Positions 18,204 to 28,386 of a stretch of 42,313 nt of DNA are shown piece after piece. The notes beneath the pieces are model-generated. The model was given only the letters and a program-made list of their open reading frames with translations. It ran no database searches and was not told the origin of the DNA. Position 1 is the stretch's first letter. Every line of letters begins with the position of its first letter. This stretch comes from an uncultured Lentisphaerales bacterium (GTDB lineage Bacteria > Verrucomicrobiota > Lentisphaeria > JABSQK01 > UBA12247), in the NCBI GenBank assembly GCA_943788985.1, contig CALSSJ010000006.1:1-42313 (forward strand). Reading direction: 5' to 3'. The position numbers and the translations under genes are program-made.

Positions 18204-20587
18204 GAAAGATTCGAGAATATAAGCCCGGACAGCAGGATCGCGGCGTTGCGGTAGTCTTGACGATCGGCGTTCTTGGGATGATGCTGATGCTTACCATGGC
18301 CTTTGCCGCCTCTGCCCTGATGTCGCACCGCATAGCGACACTCAATCGCGATACCGTGCTATCGCGGCTCGCGGCCGAAATGGGCGTGCAGCGTGCCTAT
18401 GTACACCTGAATACAGAGCTTTCCAATCTCAACGACATGCGCAATCTATTTCCTGCAACCAAGCCGGGGGTCGATGGCCATATCGGGCCTGACACCGCAA
18501 GTACTGCTTGGGATGGCAGGACCTATTGGTTCAGCGAAAACGATGTCGATAGCTTGGGCATCCGTGAGGCATTTGCCCATCAGTTGGCGGGCGTAGATAT
18601 CACCCCGGACGACACCCATGCCGCGCCCCACGAAGACGCTGGCTGGATTCATGTCTACCACCCGGACAATGCCACCGAGATCATAGCACGTATGTCCTAT
18701 GTCTTGATCGACGAGTCTGGGAAGATCGACCCGAATTACGCCATCAGTCAAGGCGTCGCTGAGGGCAGCGAGACAACCGCTCGCTATGGGCTCTCCCCGG
18801 CTGATCTCAATCTCGCTGGTGCCCTCCCTTCCGCACTGTCTGGTGATCTGCAATACGACAGCCACAGCGGGGGCGATCTGGCGACGACCATGCAATGGCT
18901 TTCTCACTATCATATCTTTCGCGCAGCAGACTCGGCTGAGGACAATTCCGACGCCGTGCTGGAATCACTTTTTCCGCATTCCTACGACATCGAAGCCTTC
19001 AATGACAGCCTCGTGGATCGGCACCGCTTCGATCTAACGAACGCAGATTGGGACGCATTTGGGAACGACGTCGCCGCATCCAGCCTCACCTCCGCCGCCA
19101 GTGAATTCTGGAACGGCACTGCCCCCGCAGCAAATATCGGTGGCATCCCATGGCTTGCGGAATGCTCGAGCACATTTCTCCAGAATCAGATCGCGGCCAA
19201 CCTGATAGACTATTGCGACAGCGACAGCATTCCAACCACAGATAGCCAGACTGAGCCAAGCTACCTTGGCCTCGAACTCGTGCCGTACATTAACGAGCTC
19301 ATGTTTCAGCTGCGGGTTTACGACGCCGGGACCGAGCATCGCCTCTTGGTTCGCGTCTGGGCCGAACTGGCAAACATCTACGACACAGCCTGTGGCAGTG
19401 GGGCCACACTGACCGTTGAGTTGACCTTGGCGAGTCCCAACCTGCCGTCTTCCCCCACAAGCCTGACCCTTATCTGGAACTCGTTAACATCCGATGTCCC
19501 GGCCCAGTCCTACACCTCATTGCGTGGCGTGTCCCAGGCGGGCGAAACCTCTATCGGAGCAGACACCTCGATCGAGAACATCACCGTGCAGGTCATCGCC
19601 GCTCGGCTCGAAGACAGCGCGGGAAACTTACTAGACTTTGCCACCTCACCGCCATCCCCAACTGCCGATGTCGCCGTGATCCTCCCCCTGTTTCGCAGCG
19701 TAGAGGTCAGTGATCCGCGCCAGAACCACACAGCGGCAGACTGGGAATGGGACCCACAAGGCTGGCAGTTTGGCTTCTCCACCACCACGACCTTGCTCGC
19801 GACAAACTCGAACTGCACCCCAGATCCTGGCGGCTCGCATGACCAGGAGGACGGCGCAACCGACCCGTGGGACGTCTCCACGGCCCACATTGCGAACTCC
19901 GCCATCACCACCCTATGGGAACTGGGTGCGATTCATCGTGGCCAAGCCTGGCGTACCATTCGCCTAACGCAATTTAATGAAACCCTCAGCGCTGCCCTTG
20001 GGCTGAGCGCCTACTCGCTGGGGGACGCCAACATTCTTGACCAAGTCAAGCTCGGCGGAGACAACTACTGCTACGGCAATCTAAATGCCAACTCAGATCG
20101 TCCCAACGCCCTTGCTGCCACCCTAGTAGGCCTCAGTGTCGGCGCCGGCTACTCCGCATCGACATCCGGAACTGCCACGATCAACTCCTCCTTGGCATTG
20201 GCCGCCATTGGCACCTCCCCGACCACCGCCGCTAGTGGCCAGTGGTTGTTTGAGAATGGGACCGCGGGCGTCACTAAGCCCATGTTTTCCCGTGGTGGGC
20301 TGGCACGAATCACCACTCTCTCCGATGGCACCATCTTCACCCAAGGTGTGGATGCGGCGCGCGAAGAAATCATCGGCAAGATCGCAAACATCATGACCAC
20401 ACGCCCCAACTACTTCACCATGATCATCACCGCCCAGAGCGTGCGAGATAACAAAGTCATGGGGGCACTTGGCACCTTCGACGCGGACACGGATGTGATT
20501 CGAGCCGAGGCGCGAATCATGGCCTATCTGTATCGGGACGCGTTGACCCACTCTTTCCGATTGATCCACTACGAGTACATCGAATGA
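18200..20587 (+). CDS. Large PilX/GspK-type pilin-like protein (Verru_Chthon cassette protein A-like)
   Basis: RGVAVVLTIGVL (no Glu+5), SRLAAEMGVQRA, LIDESGKIDPN, IAANLIDYCDSD, TTRPNYFTMIITAQ; ATGA-coupled to the upstream pilin. Confidence 0.78.
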   Translation: MRKIREYKPGQQDRGVAVVLTIGVLGMMLMLTMAFAASALMSHRIATLNRDTVLSRLAAEMGVQRAYVHLNTELSNLNDMRNLFPATKPGVDGHIGPDTASTAWDGRTYWFSENDVDSLGIREAFAHQLAGVDITPDDTHAAPHEDAGWIHVYHPDNATEIIARMSYVLIDESGKIDPNYAISQGVAEGSETTARYGLSPADLNLAGALPSALSGDLQYDSHSGGDLATTMQWLSHYHIFRAADSAEDNSDAVLESLFPHSYDIEAFNDSLVDRHRFDLTNADWDAFGNDVAASSLTSAASEFWNGTAPAANIGGIPWLAECSSTFLQNQIAANLIDYCDSDSIPTTDSQTEPSYLGLELVPYINELMFQLRVYDAGTEHRLLVRVWAELANIYDTACGSGATLTVELTLASPNLPSSPTSLTLIWNSLTSDVPAQSYTSLRGVSQAGETSIGADTSIENITVQVIAARLEDSAGNLLDFATSPPSPTADVAVILPLFRSVEVSDPRQNHTAADWEWDPQGWQFGFSTTTTLLATNSNCTPDPGGSHDQEDGATDPWDVSTAHIANSAITTLWELGAIHRGQAWRTIRLTQFNETLSAALGLSAYSLGDANILDQVKLGGDNYCYGNLNANSDRPNALAATLVGLSVGAGYSASTSGTATINSSLALAAIGTSPTTAASGQWLFENGTAGVTKPMFSRGGLARITTLSDGTIFTQGVDAAREEIIGKIANIMTTRPNYFTMIITAQSVRDNKVMGALGTFDADTDVIRAEARIMAYLYRDALTHSFRLIHYEYIE

Positions 20588-21117
20588 AACGCTGTCTCCT
20601 GGCCTGCTTCGTTGCGGCAGCCGCCGTGGCCGCTGAGCCCAGCATTCTGGATGAGCATCCCACGCCACAGCAGGTTATGGCTGACCTGTACAAGTATCTC
20701 ATCGAAGGCAACCATGCGGACCTCAAGGAGAATCAAAAGCGTGCCGCGCACTTCCACCGCGTTGCCGAGAAGGCCACCACCAGCGAGCGCAAGAAGGAGC
20801 TGAGTCGCTACTTCTCTGCTGGCTTTGCGGAGCTCGCAAAATCTAATCAGAAGATCGTGCAATGTCTTGCTGGCAACGACCTAGGCGATCTCGAATCACT
20901 ACTGGATCGCTACGACGAGCTTGAGGCCAAGATTCGCAAACACGACGGTCCACTGGTCAAGCGCGAATGGATGACGATGAGCGAAGTCCGAAGGCTGATG
21001 GCCACAGACGCTCCTTATTGGACGGAGTCTCCCCGGATTTTACCCTTTGCCCGCAAGCACTGGGATCCCAGCCAGCATCCCAGCAGAGCTAGCCGCTCCC
21101 GGAATCCCAAGAACTGA
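20584..21117 (+). CDS. Hypothetical secreted helical protein
   Basis: Signal peptide MKRCLLACFVAAAAVAA; ATGA-coupled to the upstream gene. Confidence 0.75.
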   Translation: MKRCLLACFVAAAAVAAEPSILDEHPTPQQVMADLYKYLIEGNHADLKENQKRAAHFHRVAEKATTSERKKELSRYFSAGFAELAKSNQKIVQCLAGNDLGDLESLLDRYDELEAKIRKHDGPLVKREWMTMSEVRRLMATDAPYWTESPRILPFARKHWDPSQHPSRASRSRNPKN

Positions 21118-21124
21118 GCGGCGC

Positions 21125-22123
21125 TCAGTGTTCTGGGGCCGGGAGTAACACCCGCTCTCCCAGACGCTCTTGATACGCTGCCACGATCCTTTCAACCTCG
21201 GCAACAGAATTCGAATGCAGCAGTTGGGCACGAAGTTCACGCGCCTCAGGCATCCCGGAGACGTAGGATTTGAAATACTTGCGCAGCACAGCGAACTGCT
21301 TGATCCCGTAGTAGACTTCATTGAATACCCGGCAGTGCTCCAAGAGCACCTGAAGGCGCTGACCGATAGGCACATCGTCGCGCCGCACATCCGGGTTGAA
21401 CAGCCATGGGTTGCCAAAAATCGCCCGTCCCAGCATCATTCCCTCAATCCCATGCAAGGTGCACAGCTCATCTGCCTGTCGAATACTGGTCACGTCTCCG
21501 TTGCCGAAGATCAGCGCATCTGAGCCTGCGCTGTTCCGCACCTCTGCTGCCACTGCGAGTTCCTCCCAGCGCGCTGGCACCTTGGACATTTCATCGCGAG
21601 TTCGTGCGTGCAGTGTGATCGCCACAGGATCTGTCTCAAGCAACGCTCCCACCCACTCCCGCGTCTCGACCCGCTCATACCCCAAGCGCGTCTTCACCGT
21701 GACCGGTAGCTCACCTGCGCCCTGCTGCGTAGCGCGAATAATCGCCTGCGCTCGCGCTGGCTCCCTGATCACGTTCGCACCGGCCCGTTGCTTATCCACG
21801 TTCTTATCCGGACAACCAAAGTTAATGTCGATGCCATCGAAGCCCAGCTCTACGCACAGTTCTGCGGTCTCCGCAAATTCTTCCGGCTGCGCCCCAAAAA
21901 TCTGGGCCACGACCGGCCGCTCACAATCCTCATACCAAAGATCGGGTAGCAGCTTTTTCCGGCCGCGGGAGCAAAGCCCCGCGCACGAGACAAACTCCGT
22001 AAAGCACACGTCCGGTTTGCCATATCGCGCGACAATCCGGCGAAATGCGGTATCGGTCACGCCGGCCATCGGCGCAAGCAACATAATTGGTTTCTCCAAC
22101 TTGGCCCAGAAACCCGTTCCCAT
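21125..22123 (-). CDS. dusB: tRNA-dihydrouridine synthase (DusB/C-like)
   Basis: LAPMAGVTD, DINFGCP, VTVKTRLG, LHART, GNGD, GRAIFGNPW. Confidence 0.88.
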   Translation of the reverse strand: MGTGFWAKLEKPIMLLAPMAGVTDTAFRRIVARYGKPDVCFTEFVSCAGLCSRGRKKLLPDLWYEDCERPVVAQIFGAQPEEFAETAELCVELGFDGIDINFGCPDKNVDKQRAGANVIREPARAQAIIRATQQGAGELPVTVKTRLGYERVETREWVGALLETDPVAITLHARTRDEMSKVPARWEELAVAAEVRNSAGSDALIFGNGDVTSIRQADELCTLHGIEGMMLGRAIFGNPWLFNPDVRRDDVPIGQRLQVLLEHCRVFNEVYYGIKQFAVLRKYFKSYVSGMPEARELRAQLLHSNSVAEVERIVAAYQERLGERVLLPAPEH

Positions 22124-22195
22124 CCGTTATCGTCCCCTTTATCCAATGTTACCCAACAGTTCGATCGCAAACACCCAAAACTGTACAGCTTCCGC

Positions 22196-23065
22196 ATGAC
22201 GCGGCATACCGACATATCCATAGTCATGCTGGCGCACAACGGTCTTCACTACAGCCGTCTGTGCCTCAACAGCATCCTGCTGTCCGATCCCCTTCCCGCC
22301 GCGATGTTTCTGGTCGACAACGGATCCTCGGATACTACCAGCCAGCTGTTTGCGGGGTTCGCAAAACGGGCTAGCCAGCGTGGCATACACGTGGACTGGT
22401 GGCGCAACGAAGAAAACCGCGGCTGCTCTGCCGCGCGCAACGATGCTTGGGCAAAGGCCGAGACCGAGTATGTCATGTTCTTAGACAACGACACCGTCGT
22501 GCGACGCACGGACTGGCTGCAGATTCTGGCCGGTGAACTAGAGGCAGACAGCAGCGTGGGCCTAGTGGGGCCCAAGCTACTCTATCCACACGTACCTCAT
22601 CCGATTCAGTGTGCTGGCATACGCTTTAATCCGCAAGGACGTGTGAGATTTCGCGGCAGAGGCGCGGCGCAGCACGTTGCGGAGTTCGCTAAACCCGCCA
22701 TGGTCGATGCCCTGATCAGCGCCTGCTGGCTGATGCGCAACTGTCTCCGCGAGAAAATCGGCTATCTGGATGAGCTATTCCATCCAGTTCAGTACGAGGA
22801 TTTGGACCTCTGCTTTCGCGCGATCCAGGCCGGGTACAGCTGCCGCTATACGCCGGCGACAGAGCTGTATCATTTCGAGGGTAAGTCCACGGCTGCCCCG
22901 GGCCCAGCGACCTATCATCGTGTGATCGCTGCCAACTCGACCAAGTTTCGCCAGAAATGGCGCGATACGATCCGGGCCTTGCCACCGGACCCGGCCGACT
23001 ACCGCTGGCTCTCGGATGAGGAACTTGGGCTCAGTGATGACATCGATCTGAGCCTAGACGAATGA
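22196..23065 (+). CDS. Glycosyltransferase family 2
   Basis: SIVMLAHN, VDNGSSD, ENRGCSAARN, FLDND, YEDLDLCFR, HFEGKS. Confidence 0.92.
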   Translation: MTRHTDISIVMLAHNGLHYSRLCLNSILLSDPLPAAMFLVDNGSSDTTSQLFAGFAKRASQRGIHVDWWRNEENRGCSAARNDAWAKAETEYVMFLDNDTVVRRTDWLQILAGELEADSSVGLVGPKLLYPHVPHPIQCAGIRFNPQGRVRFRGRGAAQHVAEFAKPAMVDALISACWLMRNCLREKIGYLDELFHPVQYEDLDLCFRAIQAGYSCRYTPATELYHFEGKSTAAPGPATYHRVIAANSTKFRQKWRDTIRALPPDPADYRWLSDEELGLSDDIDLSLDE

Positions 23066-23736
23066 CGGTCTGGCTGCACGGATGGGGAACGACTCCCGCG
23101 GTCTGGCGACATTTAGACTGCGTTGCGCCGGGCGATGTGGTTGCGGACTTCGCAGCAGCAGCCTCGGTCGACGCGCTCCGCGACGTCGTCACGCAGTTGT
23201 TACTCCCGCGGCCACGAGCAAGCATCGTTGCCTGGTCACTGGGTGCCACGCTGGCGATGGAGCACCTTAGCCAACGCGCCCACGTCCAGCCCCTGACTGT
23301 AATCGGAGCCACGCCATGCTTCTGCAACCTGGATGGCAACCCAGGCTGGCCCATACGCACCGTGGACCGGATGATTCGGCGGCTCGAACGGGATTACACG
23401 CCGGTGCTCACAGACTTTCTTGACCAGCTTCCCAGTGCTCCGCAGGGCGCGCTGTGGCAGGAAATTCGCGGCTCCCTGCTGGAGAATCGGGGTTTCTCCA
23501 AAGCCGGGGCCGCAGCTGGGCTACACTATCTTCGCGACACGGATCTACGCCAAGCCATTAGGACCTACGAGGGCGACATTTCCTGGATCTGCGGGCAGCG
23601 GGATACGATCGCACCTCCCGAAGCCGCGCAACTTGCTGTGCGAGCACAGGACAGCATCCAACTTCTAGATTGCGGGCATCTTCCGCAGCTCGACTGCCCT
23701 GCCTTGCTCAGCCGCCTGTTGGAGCACGGCGCATGA
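23062..23736 (+). CDS. bioH: Pimeloyl-ACP methyl ester carboxylesterase-like hydrolase
   Basis: LHGWG, AWSLG nucleophile, IGATPCF...GWP, D and GH catalytic residues; coupled to bioC. Confidence 0.75.
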   Translation: MTVWLHGWGTTPAVWRHLDCVAPGDVVADFAAAASVDALRDVVTQLLLPRPRASIVAWSLGATLAMEHLSQRAHVQPLTVIGATPCFCNLDGNPGWPIRTVDRMIRRLERDYTPVLTDFLDQLPSAPQGALWQEIRGSLLENRGFSKAGAAAGLHYLRDTDLRQAIRTYEGDISWICGQRDTIAPPEAAQLAVRAQDSIQLLDCGHLPQLDCPALLSRLLEHGA

Positions 23737-24521
23737 TTGCGAACTCCGCAACCGTACAAGCTCGGTTTAACCGTCATGCCCAGAGCTACGACGATGTCAC
23801 GCCGGTGCAGGCTGCGCTGGGAACCAACCTGCTACGGCTCGCCGTCGAAAGGCTTTCCTCGCCTCCAGCCCGGGTTTTGGATCTTGGCTGCGGCACGGGC
23901 CGCTTGACTGCTGAAGCCGCAGCGCGATGGCCTAATTCCGTTATTGAAGCAGTCGACTGCGCACCTCAGATGACCGTGCGTGCTGCGGAGCGCTGCCCAC
24001 GCGCACACATCAGCACAGAAGATGCTCTTCACTATCTATCACGCAACCGAGACGGGAGTGCGGATTTGCTTCTGGCCAACGCTGTATTCCAATGGCTTCC
24101 CGATCGTCCGCGTCTTTTCGGACAACTGCGCCGAGTGCTCTCAGAGAGGGGCCTCTTAGCGTTCTCGACCTTCGGCCCGGAAACGTTTTGCGAACTCCGC
24201 AATGTTCTCTCAACCATCGTTCCGGACCGAGAGCTACTACACCTTCCGTCCGTCGAGGTGTGGCAGCAGCATCTCGCAGACGCGGGCTTCCACGCGACCT
24301 TTTGGGCCTTGAAGGAAGCTCAGACCTACCCGAGCGCCGGAGCATTCTTGCGCACCTTGCAGCGTAGCGGCGCCAGCTACGCTGAAGGCCACAAACCTTT
24401 CACACGCAGAAACTTAGAAGATATTGTAGCCGCTTATAACAGCAGTTATGCTAGCGCCTGCGGTGGGGTTTACGCGACCTATTCAACGATTTCCTGCCTT
24501 GCGGAGCCTGCTGTGCAGTAG
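23733..24521 (+). CDS. bioC: Malonyl-ACP O-methyltransferase
   Basis: RFNRHAQSYD..VQ, LDLGCGTG, NAVFQW, FSTFGPETFCEL, ATY; ATGA overlap at 23733. Confidence 0.82.
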   Translation: MIANSATVQARFNRHAQSYDDVTPVQAALGTNLLRLAVERLSSPPARVLDLGCGTGRLTAEAAARWPNSVIEAVDCAPQMTVRAAERCPRAHISTEDALHYLSRNRDGSADLLLANAVFQWLPDRPRLFGQLRRVLSERGLLAFSTFGPETFCELRNVLSTIVPDRELLHLPSVEVWQQHLADAGFHATFWALKEAQTYPSAGAFLRTLQRSGASYAEGHKPFTRRNLEDIVAAYNSSYASACGGVYATYSTISCLAEPAVQ

Positions 24522-24647
24522 AGCGCCTGACTTCGGAAAAACGAGGCACAGCAAAGATGCGAAAGAATCGGTGTTGTGGCTGCTACGGTTCTCCGTTATT
24601 CCTGCTACGTCTAGTCTTCAACGAATGCGGCGAGACTTGGAAAATAT

Positions 24648-25427
24648 ATGAGCACATCGGCACTGATTGTAAGTAGCGATACACCGCGACCCGATCAGAT
24701 TTTCGCACAATTGCCAAAGCTAAATCTCTGGAGAGATTCAAGTCTAGCCATAGAGGGTGTACTGGACTCTTGGCTCGAAGGCACTTTAGCGTATCACAAG
24801 GCTCTGCGAGAAATCCTTGAGGGGTACGGCGTTCGTCTTGCGTCCCTTGCCCTAGGAGATGTCCTTCCGGATCAGGCAGATTAGCCCGGGTTTTGCGCGA
24901 GGCTGGAGAAGGCGACGGTTCTGGCCACGCGACTCGGTTGCCCAGCTGTTTCAGTTGTCTGCGGATCACAGAAAGGCTGGATCACCCGTGCATATTTCAT
25001 CGAGTGGATGGCAGATAATCTTACCAAATTTCGGCGCAAAGATGCCACAGGCGTGAAAGTATTATTGAGGAATCATCTAGACCATGGCAACGCGTTTGAT
25101 TGTCTGGAGATCTGCCAGTATGTCGCGCACGCAAGAATCGGCATCTCGCTATCCACACATGCCTGCGCCAAGTCACGGGACGGATTCATCGATGGCGTTC
25201 TCCGCGCTGCGCTTCCGTGGCTTCACCTCGTGACTCTCGCTGATAGGTCAGCGAGCGGCGAGCCAGTTCCGCTTGGCGATGGAATTATTCAGCACGAGCG
25301 GATCATTGCGTTCTTAGATAGATCTGGATACGGTGCGTATGTAGGCGTGTGGGCAGACGACCTATGGCGTCTGTACCCTGAAAATTAGGAGTTTGCTCGG
25401 ACATTGGACGCCTGCGCAGAATTGTGA
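24648..25427 (+). pseudogene. Interrupted, divergent sugar-phosphate-isomerase-like TIM barrel gene
   Basis: ORFs 24648-24884 and 25008-25388 share a frame, separated only by TAG 24882-24884. The product has VPLGDGII...LDRSGYGAYV. A second TAG at 25386 precedes a helix-like tail ending TGA 25427. Confidence 0.6.
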
Positions 25428-25520
25428 CGGAGTGAGGAAGAGCCCAAGAAGAAGGCTAGATCGGGCTTGATTGCACAGCGGCCTGAGGCTATGTAATGAA
25501 CGAACCTTGGACTCTTTGGC

Positions 25521-26237
25521 ATGCCCCGTCGCGGATTTACACTGATCGAACTTCTCGTGGTGATCGTGATCATAATGATCCTGATGTCGCTGTTGCTACC
25601 GGCACTAGCCACTGGCCGCGAGCGTGGGCGCAGTACCGCGTGCACCAATAATCTAAAGCAACTGGCGTTGGCGACACACTCCTACGCGGATATCCACGAC
25701 GGCTGGGCCATTCCAGCGGACTTAGACAGGAGCTCGGCCTATCACCCGTGGCAGGACTATCTGCATGAAGAAGAGGGTATGGCTGCGGGGTCCTTTCGCT
25801 GCCCAACCATGACTTTAGGTATTAATCCGTTTGGCGCGTACGGCTCGGACCCTTTATCCGAAGTAGGCTATATCATGAACTGTCACCTACCCGGCGGCTC
25901 GAACTGGTCAATTTTAGGTAGCAGTATCACTGCCTCGCAAACCAGAGCCCAAGGCTGGACCAACACCTATGACGATCCAGTGCGGCTGGCGGCAATCGTA
26001 AACAGCTCTGAGAAGCTCCATCTCATGGATGTGGTCGAGGAACTGGCATTCTCCAGCAGTAATCTTGGCGTAATTCGCGATGAACAGACCGACTATGGCA
26101 CCTTGGGCACACCGCCTGGTGGATCGGATCGGCAGGTCGGCTACCATCATAATTATGCGTTTAATGCTCTGTTCGGCGATGGCCACGCAGAGCGTCTGAC
26201 GCAGGCAGCCCCGGATTCGTGGTGGGTAATTGAGTGA
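25521..26237 (+). CDS. Prepilin-type N-terminal methylation / DUF1559 / H-X9-DG protein
   Basis: [34 protein letters not shown]. Confidence 0.92.
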   Translation: MPRRGFTLIELLVVIVIIMILMSLLLPALATGRERGRSTACTNNLKQLALATHSYADIHDGWAIPADLDRSSAYHPWQDYLHEEEGMAAGSFRCPTMTLGINPFGAYGSDPLSEVGYIMNCHLPGGSNWSILGSSITASQTRAQGWTNTYDDPVRLAAIVNSSEKLHLMDVVEELAFSSSNLGVIRDEQTDYGTLGTPPGGSDRQVGYHHNYAFNALFGDGHAERLTQAAPDSWWVIE

Positions 26238-27010
26238 TTCATGAGCGGGACAGTTTCGGGAGTATCTTTGGTTCTATCCCGCTTGCCCCGAGCTCTGACT
26301 GCTCGTATTTCCCCGGGCGCCCCAGTACCGCCAGAGCCTTTCGCGTACGCGACGATGTCACGCCTGAATTTCTCGAGTCTGCGTTGAACCGCGGCTATCG
26401 TCGGTGCGGTGATATCTACTACCAGCAGTTCTGCAGGGCATGTAATCTCTGCATCAACTATCGCGTGCTTGTGGAGCCGTTTACGCCCACGAAGTCGCAG
26501 AAGCGCGTGGCTCGCCGCGGCCAGTGCATCGAGTCGCGTGTGGGACCGCCTGTTCCGAGCAACGAAAAGGCAGCGATCTACCTGGCGTATCAGTATCAGC
26601 AGCACCATATGAAGCCGATTGCAGGGACGGAAAGCAAGGAGTTTGACAGAGAAGATGCGCTCACTACGATGCAGTTTCAAATGTACCAGAATCCATCATC
26701 GACCAGTGAGCTAGAGCTTTTTTTGGATGGCAGATTGGTAGGATTTGGCATCTTCGACGTGGCGATGACGAGCGCATCTGCGGTATATTTTGTGTATGAT
26801 CCGGAGTTTTCCCGGTACAGCCTTGGCACGCTCGCGATTTTGCGCGAGTTGGCCTGGTGCAAGCAACAGGGTATCGCAGCGCTGCAACTGGGGTATTTTA
26901 TACCTGGACACGCCAAGATGTTGTACAAACAAAATTTCCAACCGGGAGAGTATTTGCACCGTGACACCTGTGAATGGCGCACCACGCCCCCAGACCTTCT
27001 TGGCTTTTAA
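26234..27010 (+). CDS. bpt: Arginyl-tRNA-protein transferase family (Ate/Bpt; Asp/Glu leucyltransferase)
   Basis: CSYFPGR, GYRRCG..YY..C..C..C...[17 protein letters not shown]...[22 protein letters not shown]. Confidence 0.88.
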   Translation: MIHERDSFGSIFGSIPLAPSSDCSYFPGRPSTARAFRVRDDVTPEFLESALNRGYRRCGDIYYQQFCRACNLCINYRVLVEPFTPTKSQKRVARRGQCIESRVGPPVPSNEKAAIYLAYQYQQHHMKPIAGTESKEFDREDALTTMQFQMYQNPSSTSELELFLDGRLVGFGIFDVAMTSASAVYFVYDPEFSRYSLGTLAILRELAWCKQQGIAALQLGYFIPGHAKMLYKQNFQPGEYLHRDTCEWRTTPPDLLGF

Positions 27011-28292
27011 GCTGAAATCATCTCAGCTTTTGCTGCCCATTGCCATGCTGGTACTCCTTGGCCTCATGGCCTCAGCAGTAGATCGACCGCCCTCCCCACT
27101 CCTGCACCGACTGAAAATAGCGAGAGATGATGCCCAGTCCTTGAAGCAGGCCTGGACAACTGTGTTGGACGAGATTGGCATCGATCAGGCCTCCCGAGAC
27201 CAGCCACCGCCCAATCAGCAGGCGCTTGCGGAGTTCGCAAAGGACAGCGATGGCATTTTGACGGTCACGCCGATTCCGGGCGGCATTCAGCTGGATATCG
27301 ACCGCGTCATTGCTCGCCGCCGAAGCCGTGAGTCGCGAAAGCAACTGCGCGATAAATTGGGCGCGTGGTTCCCCTCCCTATCAGAGCGCTCCGATGAACG
27401 CTATGGCCTGCGATTCTACACGGCGGGTCCAGAGGGCAAGGCTCAGCCTTGGGATAAATCGCAACTACCGTACGAGTTGGTGGTTTGTATCCACGGGCTA
27501 GACGACACGGGGCGAATCTGGCGACAGACGATCGGGGAAATGGTCAAGAGCGGTCACACGGTCTGTCGGTTTGATTATCGCAATGACCAAGCGATCGCCA
27601 CCTCTGCCGCCGACTTTGCCGATGCGCTCTTTAGCCTTGGCGCACGCGGCGTGACCCAAGTGCGAATTGTCGCACACAGCATGGGCGGACTTGTCTCGCG
27701 GGAGATGCTGACCCGGCCGGGCCTCTACGCGGGCGATGGAACCGGACGCGATGGACGCCCGGCGGTGACGCAGCTGATCACAGTCGGCACGCCGCACAAA
27801 GGCTCCGGCCTGGCTCGGGTCAGCTGGGCAACAGAGGTGAAGGACCAACTGGTTCGCACCTGCAGCGGTGAGGGGGTGCTATTTGGATCGTTCTTTGACG
27901 GCCTGGGTGAAGCTCGAAACGATTTACTGCCTAGCAGTGTTTTTCTAACGACTCTAAATGCACGCGCACACCCGAAAAATGTTAGGCTCACCTGTATTGC
28001 GGGAGTAGCCAGTCCGATTCGCTCGGGCAAGATCAAGTCCACCACAGAACGCCTGCGCGCGTCTCTGCCCCGAAGCCTACACAGCGTCTGCACCGATGTG
28101 GAGCAGCAACTTACTGAGGTGGTAGAAGGCGCCGGTGATGGCTGCGTATCCCTCGAATCAGCCCACCCCGGCGTAGCTGACCAACCGGTGGTAAAGGCAA
28201 ATCATGTAACCATGCTGTTAAATCTAAATCCGCTGTCGAAAAAACTAGCAGCGGCTATCCCGGTGATTCTAGACCGACTCAGCCAGGATTGA
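27000..28292 (+). CDS. Secreted lipase/esterase (PGAP1-like alpha/beta hydrolase)
   Basis: Signal peptide from TTG 27000; IHGLDD, AHSMGG, GTPHKGS, GDGCV, NH. Confidence 0.85.
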   Translation: MAFKLKSSQLLLPIAMLVLLGLMASAVDRPPSPLLHRLKIARDDAQSLKQAWTTVLDEIGIDQASRDQPPPNQQALAEFAKDSDGILTVTPIPGGIQLDIDRVIARRRSRESRKQLRDKLGAWFPSLSERSDERYGLRFYTAGPEGKAQPWDKSQLPYELVVCIHGLDDTGRIWRQTIGEMVKSGHTVCRFDYRNDQAIATSAADFADALFSLGARGVTQVRIVAHSMGGLVSREMLTRPGLYAGDGTGRDGRPAVTQLITVGTPHKGSGLARVSWATEVKDQLVRTCSGEGVLFGSFFDGLGEARNDLLPSSVFLTTLNARAHPKNVRLTCIAGVASPIRSGKIKSTTERLRASLPRSLHSVCTDVEQQLTEVVEGAGDGCVSLESAHPGVADQPVVKANHVTMLLNLNPLSKKLAAAIPVILDRLSQD

Positions 28293-28312
28293 ACGACGCG
28301 GCCGATGCTCAC

Positions 28313-28341
28313 TTGCATCGGCTTTGCCCCACCACTAAAGT
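28313..28341 (+). promoter_or_regulatory. Putative sigma70 promoter
   Basis: TTGCAT-17 nt-TAAAGT in the intergenic gap upstream of ATG 28387. Confidence 0.45.
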
Positions 28342-28386
28342 TCCGGCCTGCGCTTGTCACCTTTTCCAAACTCCATTGCGTGCCAA

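Noticed and set aside
26790..26999. Upstream extension of the lipase ORF
   Set aside because: It overlaps the Ate/Bpt gene by >200 nt; the signal peptide begins at ~27000.
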